Source: Candidatus Cloacimonadales bacterium (GTDB lineage Bacteria > Cloacimonadota > Cloacimonadia > Cloacimonadales > JAIOQZ01). Taken from it: DNA of 64,000 nt. Shown piece after piece: positions 9,461-18,667 of the stretch (positions within the stretch are counted from its first letter, which is position 1; each line of letters opens with the position of its first letter). The stretch covers positions 2,144,001-2,208,000 of the forward strand of contig CAXXTU010000002.1 of the NCBI GenBank assembly GCA_963662655.2, given 5' to 3'. Made by a program: the position numbers and the translations under genes. The notes under the pieces were generated by a model that was not told the DNA's origin, did not search any database, and saw only the letters and a program-made list of their open reading frames with translations.

Positions 9461-10483
9461 CTATTTGGCAATCTTTTCTTTCCGGTTCCAGTCCATTTCG
9501 GGGAACCGCAATGTAAAATTCATGCTTGCGGGGATAATCTCCCGAAAATACTTCGCGCTCATCTCTTTCGGGATACGCTTGCCCATGATCGTTATACGCA
9601 CCACTGCGTCAAGCGCTAGTTTTCCCAAATCGTGAACCAGTCTGCCCCGTATCGCCTGCTCCGATTCGTGATCCGCATTGTAGTTAAGCACGCACATTTT
9701 CCGCGTGGGAAGCTCTACGAATTCATGTTCCAGCTTACCATCCGAAAAACGAAAATCGAAGTACCCCTTTTCCTCAAAACGCTCGATGAACGACGTTCGT
9801 TCCAGTGATCCCGAATAAAAGACCGGCGACGGCAGCGCTTCTCCCCTGCTATTTCTCGTAAGTATCTGCCACTTGTGAATATGCCCCGCGAGAACCGCAT
9901 CGAAGGCGGACGGGATGTCCTCGGGATTCAGCACGTCCTCCCGCCCGTAGAACGTGTAGTTCTCGATTCGCGAGCCATCCACCGCCTGGTGCATGCACAG
10001 GAGACGCAGATCGGCGTCATGTTCCTGCCAGCCGGATTGCGCGAGAAGTCGGGGAAACGTCTGGCGTATGTGGTCGCGGTCGTTGGGGAATCCGACGATC
10101 ATCGCGTTGATGCCGCGGATGTTCAAAAGCTGCGTACCCGGAGCATCGAAGATGTGAATCCTGTCGTGCATCGCAAGAAGTGAGTGCGGAATGTTGGATC
10201 GCTCATGGTTTCCCGGCACGATGAATACGGGGATGCCTGCGTCGGCAACGCGGAAAAGACGCTGGAAAACAATCCACACGAGCTTTTCGGGTATTTTACT
10301 CCGGTAAAAAAGGTCGCCGCCGTGAATGAGGAAATCGATTTTCTCACCGATCGCCCGATCCAGAACCAGATCGAAGTTCCGGAAGAAATCCTCGCCTCTG
10401 CGACGCCTTTCGACGCGAGCCTTGAACGGGTAATCGAAACCCAGGTGGGAATCGGAGAAAAAGAAGAAGCGCAACGGTCTCAT
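9461..10483 (-). CDS. SbcD/Mre11-family metallophosphoesterase (DNA repair exonuclease-like)
   Basis: SDSHLG, GGDLF, PGNHE, LAGHIH, YSGSLER motifs. Start trimmed to MRPLRF behind a GGAG RBS. Confidence 0.85.
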   Translation of the reverse strand: MRPLRFFFFSDSHLGFDYPFKARVERRRRGEDFFRNFDLVLDRAIGEKIDFLIHGGDLFYRSKIPEKLVWIVFQRLFRVADAGIPVFIVPGNHERSNIPHSLLAMHDRIHIFDAPGTQLLNIRGINAMIVGFPNDRDHIRQTFPRLLAQSGWQEHDADLRLLCMHQAVDGSRIENYTFYGREDVLNPEDIPSAFDAVLAGHIHKWQILTRNSRGEALPSPVFYSGSLERTSFIERFEEKGYFDFRFSDGKLEHEFVELPTRKMCVLNYNADHESEQAIRGRLVHDLGKLALDAVVRITIMGKRIPKEMSAKYFREIIPASMNFTLRFPEMDWNRKEKIAK

Positions 10484-10554
10484 GTCTCCATTGCTCTCGA
10501 GAGATTCCACGCTGTCAATCGAATTTGCGCAGCCATTTCCATGCATCGTGAGGA

Positions 10555-11253
10555 TTACAAGATATCATCCTTCGCGTCTTCCACGCTACCGAAAATTGTC
10601 TGGTTGATTACCCTGAAATAGCGCGCAAAGCTTCCACTCAGATTGTAATGCTCGATTTCCATCTCCGATTCGATCGCCATCTTGTATTCGTTCCACAGAA
10701 TAGGGTCTTTCGAGCTCAGCGCGACGTCGTAATGAACAGGTTCTTCTGTCTTGAAATCGCCACCCCAACGTATATCGGGATCCTCGCGAACTTCGTTGAG
10801 GAATCCGGAAACAGCGTCGGGAAGATGTCGCATACGCGATTTCCTCAAATGCGGGAAGCGGAATCGTTCGTCTTTATATACGATGTCCGCGTCGAAGGCA
10901 AAACCGGCGTAGTGATTCGAGTATCTTGCCGGAGGAACGTGGAAGTCATTCACGTAGTTCCCGGGCTTGAAATAGGAGTTGAGCACCAAGAGCGTCACAT
11001 CGTGCTTCTCGGCGATTCGATCCAGCTTGCGCATGTAGGTGAGAAATTCACGGTGGACAAGGATATCTTGCTCCTCATCGCCGACGATTCGCTCACCCAG
11101 GAAGGTCTTCAATTCGCGGACACTGTCGATTTTTGCCCGACGAGCGTGGTAGAAAGTCGCGTAATCGTTACTTACAAAGATGAAATAGCCGAAAGTCACG
11201 ATCAAAACGATCGGGATTAAAACATACTTCAAGGTCTTTTTGATTTTGTTCAT
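10555..11253 (-). CDS. Membrane-anchored M15-family Zn metallopeptidase (peptidoglycan peptidase-like)
   Basis: N-terminal TM, SNHYAGFAFD and WGGDFKTEEPVHYD motifs typical of M15 peptidases. Confidence 0.7.
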   Translation of the reverse strand: MNKIKKTLKYVLIPIVLIVTFGYFIFVSNDYATFYHARRAKIDSVRELKTFLGERIVGDEEQDILVHREFLTYMRKLDRIAEKHDVTLLVLNSYFKPGNYVNDFHVPPARYSNHYAGFAFDADIVYKDERFRFPHLRKSRMRHLPDAVSGFLNEVREDPDIRWGGDFKTEEPVHYDVALSSKDPILWNEYKMAIESEMEIEHYNLSGSFARYFRVINQTIFGSVEDAKDDIL

Positions 11254-11356
11254 ATTCAATTCCTGTTTTCATTGCTTATCAATATTCCGCCATACACGTG
11301 TCGTTCCAAAACGTTGTTCAGTTGTAAAAAACGGTAATTTTACTGGAGATGTCAAT

Positions 11357-12754
11357 TCATTTATCTCCGATACCAGTCATCCCGTATTTCTTGAGACGAC
11401 GATCCAGGGAATACCAGGTAATATTCAGAAGACGGGCCGCATGCGTTTTGTTGTTTCCCGAGATATCCAGCGCTCGAAGAATCGCCTTCTTTTCGAGAAC
11501 TTCGAGATCGAGAATATTATCCACTGGGCTTGCGGTATCAGGATTATCGATAGCTTTATCGGGCTGATTCGATAAGGATAGGTGCTGCGGTGTGATCTGC
11601 TTCCCTTCGCACAAGATAATCGCACGCTCCAGAATGTTACGGAGCTCACGGACATTACCCGGATAGTAGTAATGCAGTAGCAGGTTCTTCGCTTCGAGCG
11701 AAATGGAAAGACATGATCTTCTCAGCTTGCCCGAGAAATATTCGAGATAGTACTCGATGAGCGCTTCGATATCCTCTCTCCGCTCCCGAAGCGGCTCCAG
11801 ATGAACCTCGAAGCGATTCAGGCGGTAGAAGAGATCGAGCCGGAAGGAATCGTTCTCCACCAGCCTCGAGAGGTCCCGGTTGGTCATTGCGATGAAGCGA
11901 ACATCGACGGGAATCCCTTTGCGAGCCCCGACCGGTATAACGGTACCCGTTTCCAGCACGCGCAGCAGTTTGACCTGCAAACTTAGGGGAATATCGGCGA
12001 TTTCATCCAGCACGAGCGTTCCCTTGTCGGCGGTCTGTATCCAGCCTGTTTTATCAGAGTCGGCTCCCGTGAATGCCCCCTTCACATGTCCGAACAACTC
12101 GCTCTCGAACAGATGCTCGGGAATCGCGGAACAATTGATGGGATAGAAACGCTGTTCGTGGCGGTCGCTCAAGAGATGAATACTGCGGGCGACAAGCTCC
12201 TTTCCGGTACCGCTTTCCCCCGTAACGAGAACCGATGTCGCGGGAGAGGAGGCCACTTTTCCGATGAGCTGTTTCACATGCTTGATGTGCCCGCCCTCTC
12301 CAACGATGGGATGACCGTAGATTCGCTTCAACTGCCGGTGGAGATTGTCGTTGTCCTGCTGAATCCTGCCACAACGTTTTTGAAGGGCAATGTACCGGCC
12401 TGTCCTTTGGATTGCAGCCTCCAGATCGATCAACCGGAACGGCTTGTGGAAGAAGTCGAACGCGCCGGCCCGGAGCGCCGAGAGGATGGTTTCTTCGTTG
12501 CCGAACGCGGTTACCATAATCACCTGAACGTCCGGCCAGCGTTGGGATATCTCTTGCAGAAGTTCCAGACCGCAATCGGCACCCAGACGGATATCCAGTA
12601 TCGCGATATCGACAGGATTTTCCTCCAGAAGCTCAATCGCCGTCTTTCTTGATTCGGCGGCATACACCAGGCATTCGCTCTGCTCCAGATAGTAAGTCAA
12701 CTCCTGACGAATTCCATCTTCGTCATCGACCACCAGAATGCGCAAATCCTCCAT
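11357..12754 (-). CDS. Sigma54-dependent response regulator (NtrC family)
   Basis: REC, GESGTGKE, ESELFGHVKGAFTGA, RLDLFYRL, YPGNVREL, C-terminal Fis-type HTH. Confidence 0.95.
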   Translation of the reverse strand: MEDLRILVVDDEDGIRQELTYYLEQSECLVYAAESRKTAIELLEENPVDIAILDIRLGADCGLELLQEISQRWPDVQVIMVTAFGNEETILSALRAGAFDFFHKPFRLIDLEAAIQRTGRYIALQKRCGRIQQDNDNLHRQLKRIYGHPIVGEGGHIKHVKQLIGKVASSPATSVLVTGESGTGKELVARSIHLLSDRHEQRFYPINCSAIPEHLFESELFGHVKGAFTGADSDKTGWIQTADKGTLVLDEIADIPLSLQVKLLRVLETGTVIPVGARKGIPVDVRFIAMTNRDLSRLVENDSFRLDLFYRLNRFEVHLEPLRERREDIEALIEYYLEYFSGKLRRSCLSISLEAKNLLLHYYYPGNVRELRNILERAIILCEGKQITPQHLSLSNQPDKAIDNPDTASPVDNILDLEVLEKKAILRALDISGNNKTHAARLLNITWYSLDRRLKKYGMTGIGDK

Positions 12755-12767
12755 CGTACTAGTCCTG

Positions 12768-14906
12768 TTATGCTTGTGTTTGAGGCAAAGCGATCTTCAT
12801 GATCGTTCCTTCGCCGGGCGTGCTGTTTACCGTTATTTCGCCCTCAAATTCCTTGATGATGCCGTAACAAACCGGCAGTCCCAAGCCTGTTCCTTTTCCG
12901 TCCTTCTTCTTCGTGAAGAAGGGATCGAAAATCATGTCGATGTACTCCGGCTCAATCCCGCTACCGTTGTCCTCCACCTTCAGCACGATCGACTTCGCTT
13001 CCATCGCCGTGGAGATGGTTATCCTCTTCTTGTAATCGAGAACACCGGTATCACGCTCTTTCTCTTCCGTTGCATCGCGCGCGTTGGCGATCAGGTTGAG
13101 CAGCACCTGTTCCAGCTTCAAGGGATGCCCAATAACGGGCGGAAGCGGTTCGAGAAGGTCCAGCACGACGTCTAATCCATGTTTTCGGTATTGCTCGTTG
13201 AATAATAGCAGTGTGTTTTTTACCACGTGGTTCAGGTCGACTTTTTCGTAGGTGGTCAACTGTTGGTCTCTGCTAAACGTCTTGATATGGTCGATGATGA
13301 GCTTGATGCGCTCGGTTTCTTTAAGGAACTGACGCGTCTTGAGAACGGTAAATTCGTTGTTCAGCTTGCCCAATCGATCCGTGAAAAGCAGGTTATCGAG
13401 TCCCATCGTGATTCGGGTCAGCGGCTGGTTCACTTCGTGAGCGATACCGGCAGCAAGCTGTCCCAGCGATTCGAGCTTGGATTTCTGGATAATGATGCGC
13501 TGCTGCTCCTGACGCCTTTCCAATTCCTGCTGAACCCGCATCTCCAGCTCCTCGGTCTTGATTCTGTAAATTTCCGCATCCTTTCTCGCGAGATCGGTCT
13601 CCTGCCGCGCCAGCTTCGCGTCCTGCTCCTTCTGCTCGATTTCGTGATGGATGCGCATCACGGCGATCGCTCTTGTCTTCTCAGTATCGAATTGCTTTTT
13701 ACTTAGCGTGCTCCACTCCTTCATGGTCTCAAAAGCATTCCGGTATTCTCCGCATGCCTCCCAGCATTCGGAGAAATCGAGCAAGATTTCCATCTGCCTT
13801 AACGTATTATCCTGCTCCTTCGCAAGAGCAAGCGCATCTTCAAAATACCTCTGTGCCTCCGTCAGGTTACCAGAACACATCAATGTTTCCCCAAGATATT
13901 GCAGAATGGCTGGACGTTCGTTCACTAGATTATACTCGTAACTCAAATGCAGAGATTTATTGAGAAGCTCAAGAGCTTTCCCGTAGTCCGCATAAAATTC
14001 CTTGTGAACCAGCGCCATGTTCTGATAGAGCGTCGGCATTCCGAAGCGCTCATCGATCGCCAGTTTCTTTTCGAGCGATTTCTCGAAGTAACGCATCGCT
14101 CTCTTGGGTCGTTTATTGTTCTTGTAGATCAGACCAATATTCAGAAATGAAATCGCCATTCTTTTTTCGTCGTTACATTTCCGCAAGAGTTTCCAAGCTT
14201 TTCTATGATACTGCAAGCTTTGATACGGTTCGCCCAGTGAAAGCATAACCAGCCCGACATTCACACAAGCACTGATTATCATCAGCGGATTCTCTAATTC
14301 CCGGCATAGTTGATATGCCTCAAGACCACGTTCCAGAGCATGATCCAGTTCGCCAAGATTGTAATAAAATCCGGAGAGATTGCTCAGGGTAGTGGCAATT
14401 TGATATTTCAGTCTTTTTGTCTGCTTGAATTCACTCGTTATATTCAGATATCTTATTGCGTACTCCATTGCCTTGATGAAATTACCCTGATATGATGATG
14501 TGACGGCTATGAGGTTTATTGTAGCGGCCCGTAAAGATTCGTTGTCAGTCTCGTTCAGCACTTCAAGGGCTTGGGCGGCAGTTTTTTCCGCAGCGATTAT
14601 TTCACCCTTTGTGCCCTGGATCGATCCTTTGACGTACAAGCACAGCGCAATTCCGCGTTTATATTCTAATTTTTGGGAAAGCTCCATTCCATCCTCGACA
14701 AATCGAAACGCTCGTTCAAGCTCGCGAAGATGCATGCAACAGGTGGCGCTCAGTGTGTAGAAACTGATCAACGTGGTTTCTTCCTGATACTTGTCAGCTT
14801 CTTGAATAATTCCATCAAGAATTCCCAGAGCTGCGCTATATTCACCGTCGTCCCTCTTCTGGTTGGCTTTCTCCAAAATTGTTTTCAAGTGCTCACTTCG
14901 TTCCAT
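12768..14906 (-). CDS. TPR-repeat sensor histidine kinase
   Basis: Start trimmed to MERSEH (GAGG RBS). Long TPR array, then AGIAHEVNQPL, QVLLNLIANA, DNGSG, FDPFFT, GTGLGL. Confidence 0.9.
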   Translation of the reverse strand: MERSEHLKTILEKANQKRDDGEYSAALGILDGIIQEADKYQEETTLISFYTLSATCCMHLRELERAFRFVEDGMELSQKLEYKRGIALCLYVKGSIQGTKGEIIAAEKTAAQALEVLNETDNESLRAATINLIAVTSSYQGNFIKAMEYAIRYLNITSEFKQTKRLKYQIATTLSNLSGFYYNLGELDHALERGLEAYQLCRELENPLMIISACVNVGLVMLSLGEPYQSLQYHRKAWKLLRKCNDEKRMAISFLNIGLIYKNNKRPKRAMRYFEKSLEKKLAIDERFGMPTLYQNMALVHKEFYADYGKALELLNKSLHLSYEYNLVNERPAILQYLGETLMCSGNLTEAQRYFEDALALAKEQDNTLRQMEILLDFSECWEACGEYRNAFETMKEWSTLSKKQFDTEKTRAIAVMRIHHEIEQKEQDAKLARQETDLARKDAEIYRIKTEELEMRVQQELERRQEQQRIIIQKSKLESLGQLAAGIAHEVNQPLTRITMGLDNLLFTDRLGKLNNEFTVLKTRQFLKETERIKLIIDHIKTFSRDQQLTTYEKVDLNHVVKNTLLLFNEQYRKHGLDVVLDLLEPLPPVIGHPLKLEQVLLNLIANARDATEEKERDTGVLDYKKRITISTAMEAKSIVLKVEDNGSGIEPEYIDMIFDPFFTKKKDGKGTGLGLPVCYGIIKEFEGEITVNSTPGEGTIMKIALPQTQA

Positions 14907-15032
14907 TGATTTCCTCAATATGGGTGATATCTCAATCAGGAGATTCTTTCCGCGACTTGTCCAGAAAAATTTAACCGCCATAATCTCCATATCTTCATGT
15001 TCTCCCCGGCTGTACTGAATGTCCGACTCGAG

Positions 15033-15247
15033 AATGCGCACCAGCTCAGCGCGGCGGGGCGGCGGATGTGCTTCGCACACGGTATATTTCCCCATGTAAG
15101 CGTATTGTTTACATGGGGAAATATACCAAGAAGCCCTACGGAATATCCAGCACATGGTTGTTCCGATTTGATCCGACCTGTGCAAGCATGATGCTGGATT
15201 CGTAGGGCTTCTTCCGCCGCCCCGCCGCGCGGTCGGTAACTCGCATT
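15033..15247. repeat. Multi-stem palindromic element (four-way junction)
   Basis: Perfect inverted repeats: 15049-15066/15213-15230 (18 bp), 15081-15099/15109-15127 (19 bp), 15128-15140/15201-15213 (13 bp), 15145-15152/15192-15199 (8 bp), plus a mini-hairpin at 15067-15079. Confidence 0.85.
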
Positions 15248-15255
15248 TATTTTTT

Positions 15256-16602
15256 GGCACTGTTGCAAACTTAGTGGGTAAGTCGAAAAAAAGATTGAGA
15301 GGAATCACCCGATCTCGTACAATCTCCTAATCACCACAACAAGGAGATAGAGATGAATGATCCTCTCAGAAAACAAGTCTGTAAAACGTTGTTGGCTTTG
15401 CAAGGTTATTCTGCCGACCAGATAATCGAAGGTACGTATCAAACTTATCCATGCATTGAAGTCCATGTTCGAAAGGAAGATGAGCCACGTTGTCCTACAT
15501 GCGGTATTGTGGGAACAGTTTATGATCATCGAGTCCGCAAAATTCTTCATGCATCCATATCCTGTCGTCCCGTAGTACTTGTGCTGACGCTTCGCCGGAT
15601 CAACTGCGCTCAGTGTGGAGTGAAAACTGAACAACAGGATATTGCCGAGGGTCTCAATCGACACTCTAAAGACTTCGGCAATAAGGTTCTCCAGTTCACG
15701 CTTCGTTCAGACAATGCTTCTGTAGCACGGATATTCGGTGTGGATCGGAGTACGATTTATCGAATCGACAAAATTGAGTTATCCAAGTTGGAAAAGGGTT
15801 ATAGAGGACGAGTTCCGAATGTCGATCAGATTGCAATTGACGAGATTGGTTATAAGCGAAGGCATAAGTATGCAACGGTTATCACAAACCATGAGGACGG
15901 GCGTGTGATCGACCTGACAATGGGCAAATCGAAAGAAAGTGCGAAGGAGTTGTTTCGAAAATACGAACGACGACTCCGCTGGATTGATACCGTAACAATG
16001 GATTTCAGTGGTTCATATATCGGCGCTGTTTCCGAGTGTTGGAGTGCCGATATGATCGTATTTGATCGTTTCCATTTCAGCCGCCTGGTCAACAGAAAAG
16101 TGGAAGAAGTACGACGAGAACTTCAGAGAGATTTTGAATCTGACAAGTTGCGTCAGAGCAAGAAACACGACCGGTGGTTGGTTTTGACCAGAAAACACAA
16201 TCACAAAGAAAACCATCAAGCCCGACTCAAGAAACTGGAGACGCTAAATCATCCCCTTTACGAAGCCTATTTGCTCAAAGAAGATTTACTATCGATTTTC
16301 GAAGACGATATTACGCAAGAAGAAGCGAAGCCGATGATTGAAGAGTGGTGCAGAGTTATTCAGAAAACCGTCTTCGAGCCACTGAAGGCACTTGCAAGAA
16401 CGATTATGAAGAGATTGCATATTGTGTTGAACTGGTTCAAGCATAGAATCACGAATGCCAAGGCAGAAGCGGTTAACAACGTCATTCGAACCATTATAAA
16501 GAGAGCGTATGGATACAAGGACTTCTCATACTTCAGATTGAAGGTTCTGCAATGTTGCGGATATCTGAATACCCATTCACCCACTTAATATGCAACAGTG
16601 CC
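15256..16602 (+). mobile_element. ISL3-family insertion sequence (1347 bp)
   Basis: Terminal inverted repeats GGCACTGTTGCAAACTTAGTGGGT and revcomp GGCACTGTTGCATATTAAGTGGGT (21/24 identical) flank the transposase. Confidence 0.92.
15353..16588 (+). CDS. ISL3-family transposase
   Basis: Zinc finger CPTCG...CAQCG, IAIDE, VTMDF, IVFDRFH, TNAKAEAVNNVIRTIIKRAYGYKDFSYFRLKV. Confidence 0.93.
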   Translation: MNDPLRKQVCKTLLALQGYSADQIIEGTYQTYPCIEVHVRKEDEPRCPTCGIVGTVYDHRVRKILHASISCRPVVLVLTLRRINCAQCGVKTEQQDIAEGLNRHSKDFGNKVLQFTLRSDNASVARIFGVDRSTIYRIDKIELSKLEKGYRGRVPNVDQIAIDEIGYKRRHKYATVITNHEDGRVIDLTMGKSKESAKELFRKYERRLRWIDTVTMDFSGSYIGAVSECWSADMIVFDRFHFSRLVNRKVEEVRRELQRDFESDKLRQSKKHDRWLVLTRKHNHKENHQARLKKLETLNHPLYEAYLLKEDLLSIFEDDITQEEAKPMIEEWCRVIQKTVFEPLKALARTIMKRLHIVLNWFKHRITNAKAEAVNNVIRTIIKRAYGYKDFSYFRLKVLQCCGYLNTHSPT

Positions 16603-16669
16603 TTAATTAATAGCATTTTATCGATGTCGTCAACAAAAAAACAATAATCCTGAATATATATCAGGTTTT

Positions 16670-18667
16670 CTACTGAGCAAGCCTGTACAGCCGTCCCTCT
16701 CCGGGAGGAATCTCGATGGAAGCATTTCCTTTGCTGTCTATGTTGATTTGCGCTTGGTCAAAAACTTCTTCCAAATGCCAGTGGCGGCTGTATGTATTAT
16801 CGAAGGAAAGGGTGATGATCTGCGATGGAGCCGGCTCGAAGGCATCATCGACGTCCAGCCCTGTACCGCCGACGTTCAGCATCGTTCCTCCGCGAGAACA
16901 GTTACCGTCCCGGAGGAAATTCGTGCGACGATTGACCAGCATCAAGTAAAACTCATCCCCCTGGAAGATGCCTACTTCGACGTACCCTTCGTACTCCGCG
17001 GTCTTCTCGCTGGATTCCACCTCGACTTGCCGGATTACCGGAGTAATCGCGGTGATTTTCTCCGGATCGCGATCCGCCCCGAGCCACGTAAGACCTGCAA
17101 GCGCTTTTCCGTACACGGCTATACGCTCGTTCGATCTTGCGATTGCCTCGTACTGCGGGGTCATCTCGCCGTTCTCGTCAATGGGCGATCGATGGTAGAA
17201 ATACTTCCACTTGCCGTCTCCGTTCTTCCTCCACGACGGCACAAACTTCCAGTCGAACATGCCGTCCGCGCCATAGCAGAGCGGAAGATAGCGCAGGCAG
17301 GCGACCATTTGCGAGGGCGGAAGGATTTGGCCTTTCCACTCGCCCTCCGAAAGGCTGTTCCCATACCAGAATCCCGTCGTCTGGTTGATCGTGAAGAATT
17401 TAGCGCTCCTGGCTAGCGTCGCTTGCTTGTGCCGGCGAAACAGATCGGTGAGAAAATCCAGCTTCTTCTGTACATGCGCTTTGTCTGACGGACTGTACTT
17501 GTTCCACCTCGTACCGGAAGAGATCGGGTAGATATCCAGGCAAAGGTAGCCGGTTCCGGACTGGTCGAGATAGTCTTCCCAGCTCTTGTAGCTGTTGCCC
17601 GAATCCAGATACATTCCCAGCCAGTTGGCAGTCATGACGGGGATATCGGTCGTGCGAGGCTTGTTGACGATGTCGTTGAGAATGCCGATGCTTTTGAATT
17701 GGGGTGCACAGGGTTCGTCCTTCGCGTAGATACCGTGCAGGTTGTCGAAGCGAGACAGGGATTCGAGGCGGTTGCTGATGAGCTCTGTGTAGCGGCCGCT
17801 CTCCAGGTCGCGATATACGTCGTCGAAGATATCCAGATAATCGATATTCAACACCCCGTCTCCGTGCCAGTAGAGCTCGAAATCGAGCGTCGAGACCTTG
17901 GTGGCCCTGTCGAAACTCTTGGTGCACAATCCGGGAATTGCGGACGTCGGGCAGTAAAAAGTGAAATCCTGATATCGCTCTTCAAGATCGCGTTTGTAAA
18001 GGGTAGTGGAGTACTTACCTGCCGATCGCAACGGAATGGAGATCGGCCTCTCCTTCAGATCGTTCTGTCGACACGAGAGTGAAAAGCTTACAACCGGCTT
18101 GTCTTCGGGAACATCTTTTACGGATGTCTTCCAGGAGAGACACACCCGAAAGAAAAGCGTGTCGGCGATGGCGTACTGGAAAATGTACCGGGCAGGTTCA
18201 CCATTTATCCTGTACTGCACATCCTTCAGGGCGTATCCCACACGATCCTTACTATCGTCGCACACCCACGAATCATTGCCGAGGCTTCCCGTTTGCTGAC
18301 CGAGGGAATACCAGCTTTCCTGTGGGGAGTTGGGTGTTGCGTCGGGACTGGATTCGGCTTCGAAGCGCTGGAAATTAGCTCGGGTAAACTCGTAGAAGCC
18401 GGGCGAATTACCGCCGCTTCGATCGATAAGCAGCACGTCCAGACCAAATCTAGCGGATCGTGCGAGAAGGGTATCGGCCTGATTCGCTTCATCGCCCAGG
18501 GTCTCGACCAGGTGAAAGGTATAGCCTGCCCGAGCGATCTCCTCGTAGTACTTAAGACCGTCACGCGCTTTCAGGTAGGAATAGGTACCGATTGGGTACG
18601 CGTCGCCCATGGCCGATGCGGCCATTGCGAGGAATACGAGAACGATACATAAAATCCATCTCATCAT
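16670..18667 (-). CDS. Secreted hypothetical protein, possibly glycoside-hydrolase-like TIM barrel
   Basis: Signal peptide MMRWILCIVLVFLAMAASA. YAKDEP, LDIYPI and YGADGMFDW motifs recall GH-A-like barrels. Start overlaps the upstream protease stop. Confidence 0.5.
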   Translation of the reverse strand: MMRWILCIVLVFLAMAASAMGDAYPIGTYSYLKARDGLKYYEEIARAGYTFHLVETLGDEANQADTLLARSARFGLDVLLIDRSGGNSPGFYEFTRANFQRFEAESSPDATPNSPQESWYSLGQQTGSLGNDSWVCDDSKDRVGYALKDVQYRINGEPARYIFQYAIADTLFFRVCLSWKTSVKDVPEDKPVVSFSLSCRQNDLKERPISIPLRSAGKYSTTLYKRDLEERYQDFTFYCPTSAIPGLCTKSFDRATKVSTLDFELYWHGDGVLNIDYLDIFDDVYRDLESGRYTELISNRLESLSRFDNLHGIYAKDEPCAPQFKSIGILNDIVNKPRTTDIPVMTANWLGMYLDSGNSYKSWEDYLDQSGTGYLCLDIYPISSGTRWNKYSPSDKAHVQKKLDFLTDLFRRHKQATLARSAKFFTINQTTGFWYGNSLSEGEWKGQILPPSQMVACLRYLPLCYGADGMFDWKFVPSWRKNGDGKWKYFYHRSPIDENGEMTPQYEAIARSNERIAVYGKALAGLTWLGADRDPEKITAITPVIRQVEVESSEKTAEYEGYVEVGIFQGDEFYLMLVNRRTNFLRDGNCSRGGTMLNVGGTGLDVDDAFEPAPSQIITLSFDNTYSRHWHLEEVFDQAQINIDSKGNASIEIPPGEGRLYRLAQ

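Noticed and set aside
9441..9461. Inverted repeat GCAAGAAT-TCATG-ATTCTTGC before the ABC ATPase
   Set aside because: Could be an operator or weak terminator, but it is a single short instance with no supporting evidence
15255..15268. Sigma54-like TGGCAC...TTGC
   Set aside because: Spacing is wrong (2 nt rather than 5) and it is the IS terminal inverted repeat
14907..15308. 134-aa N-terminal extension of the TPR kinase ORF
   Set aside because: It runs through the palindromic element and into the IS end. A good RBS and ATG exist at 14906.
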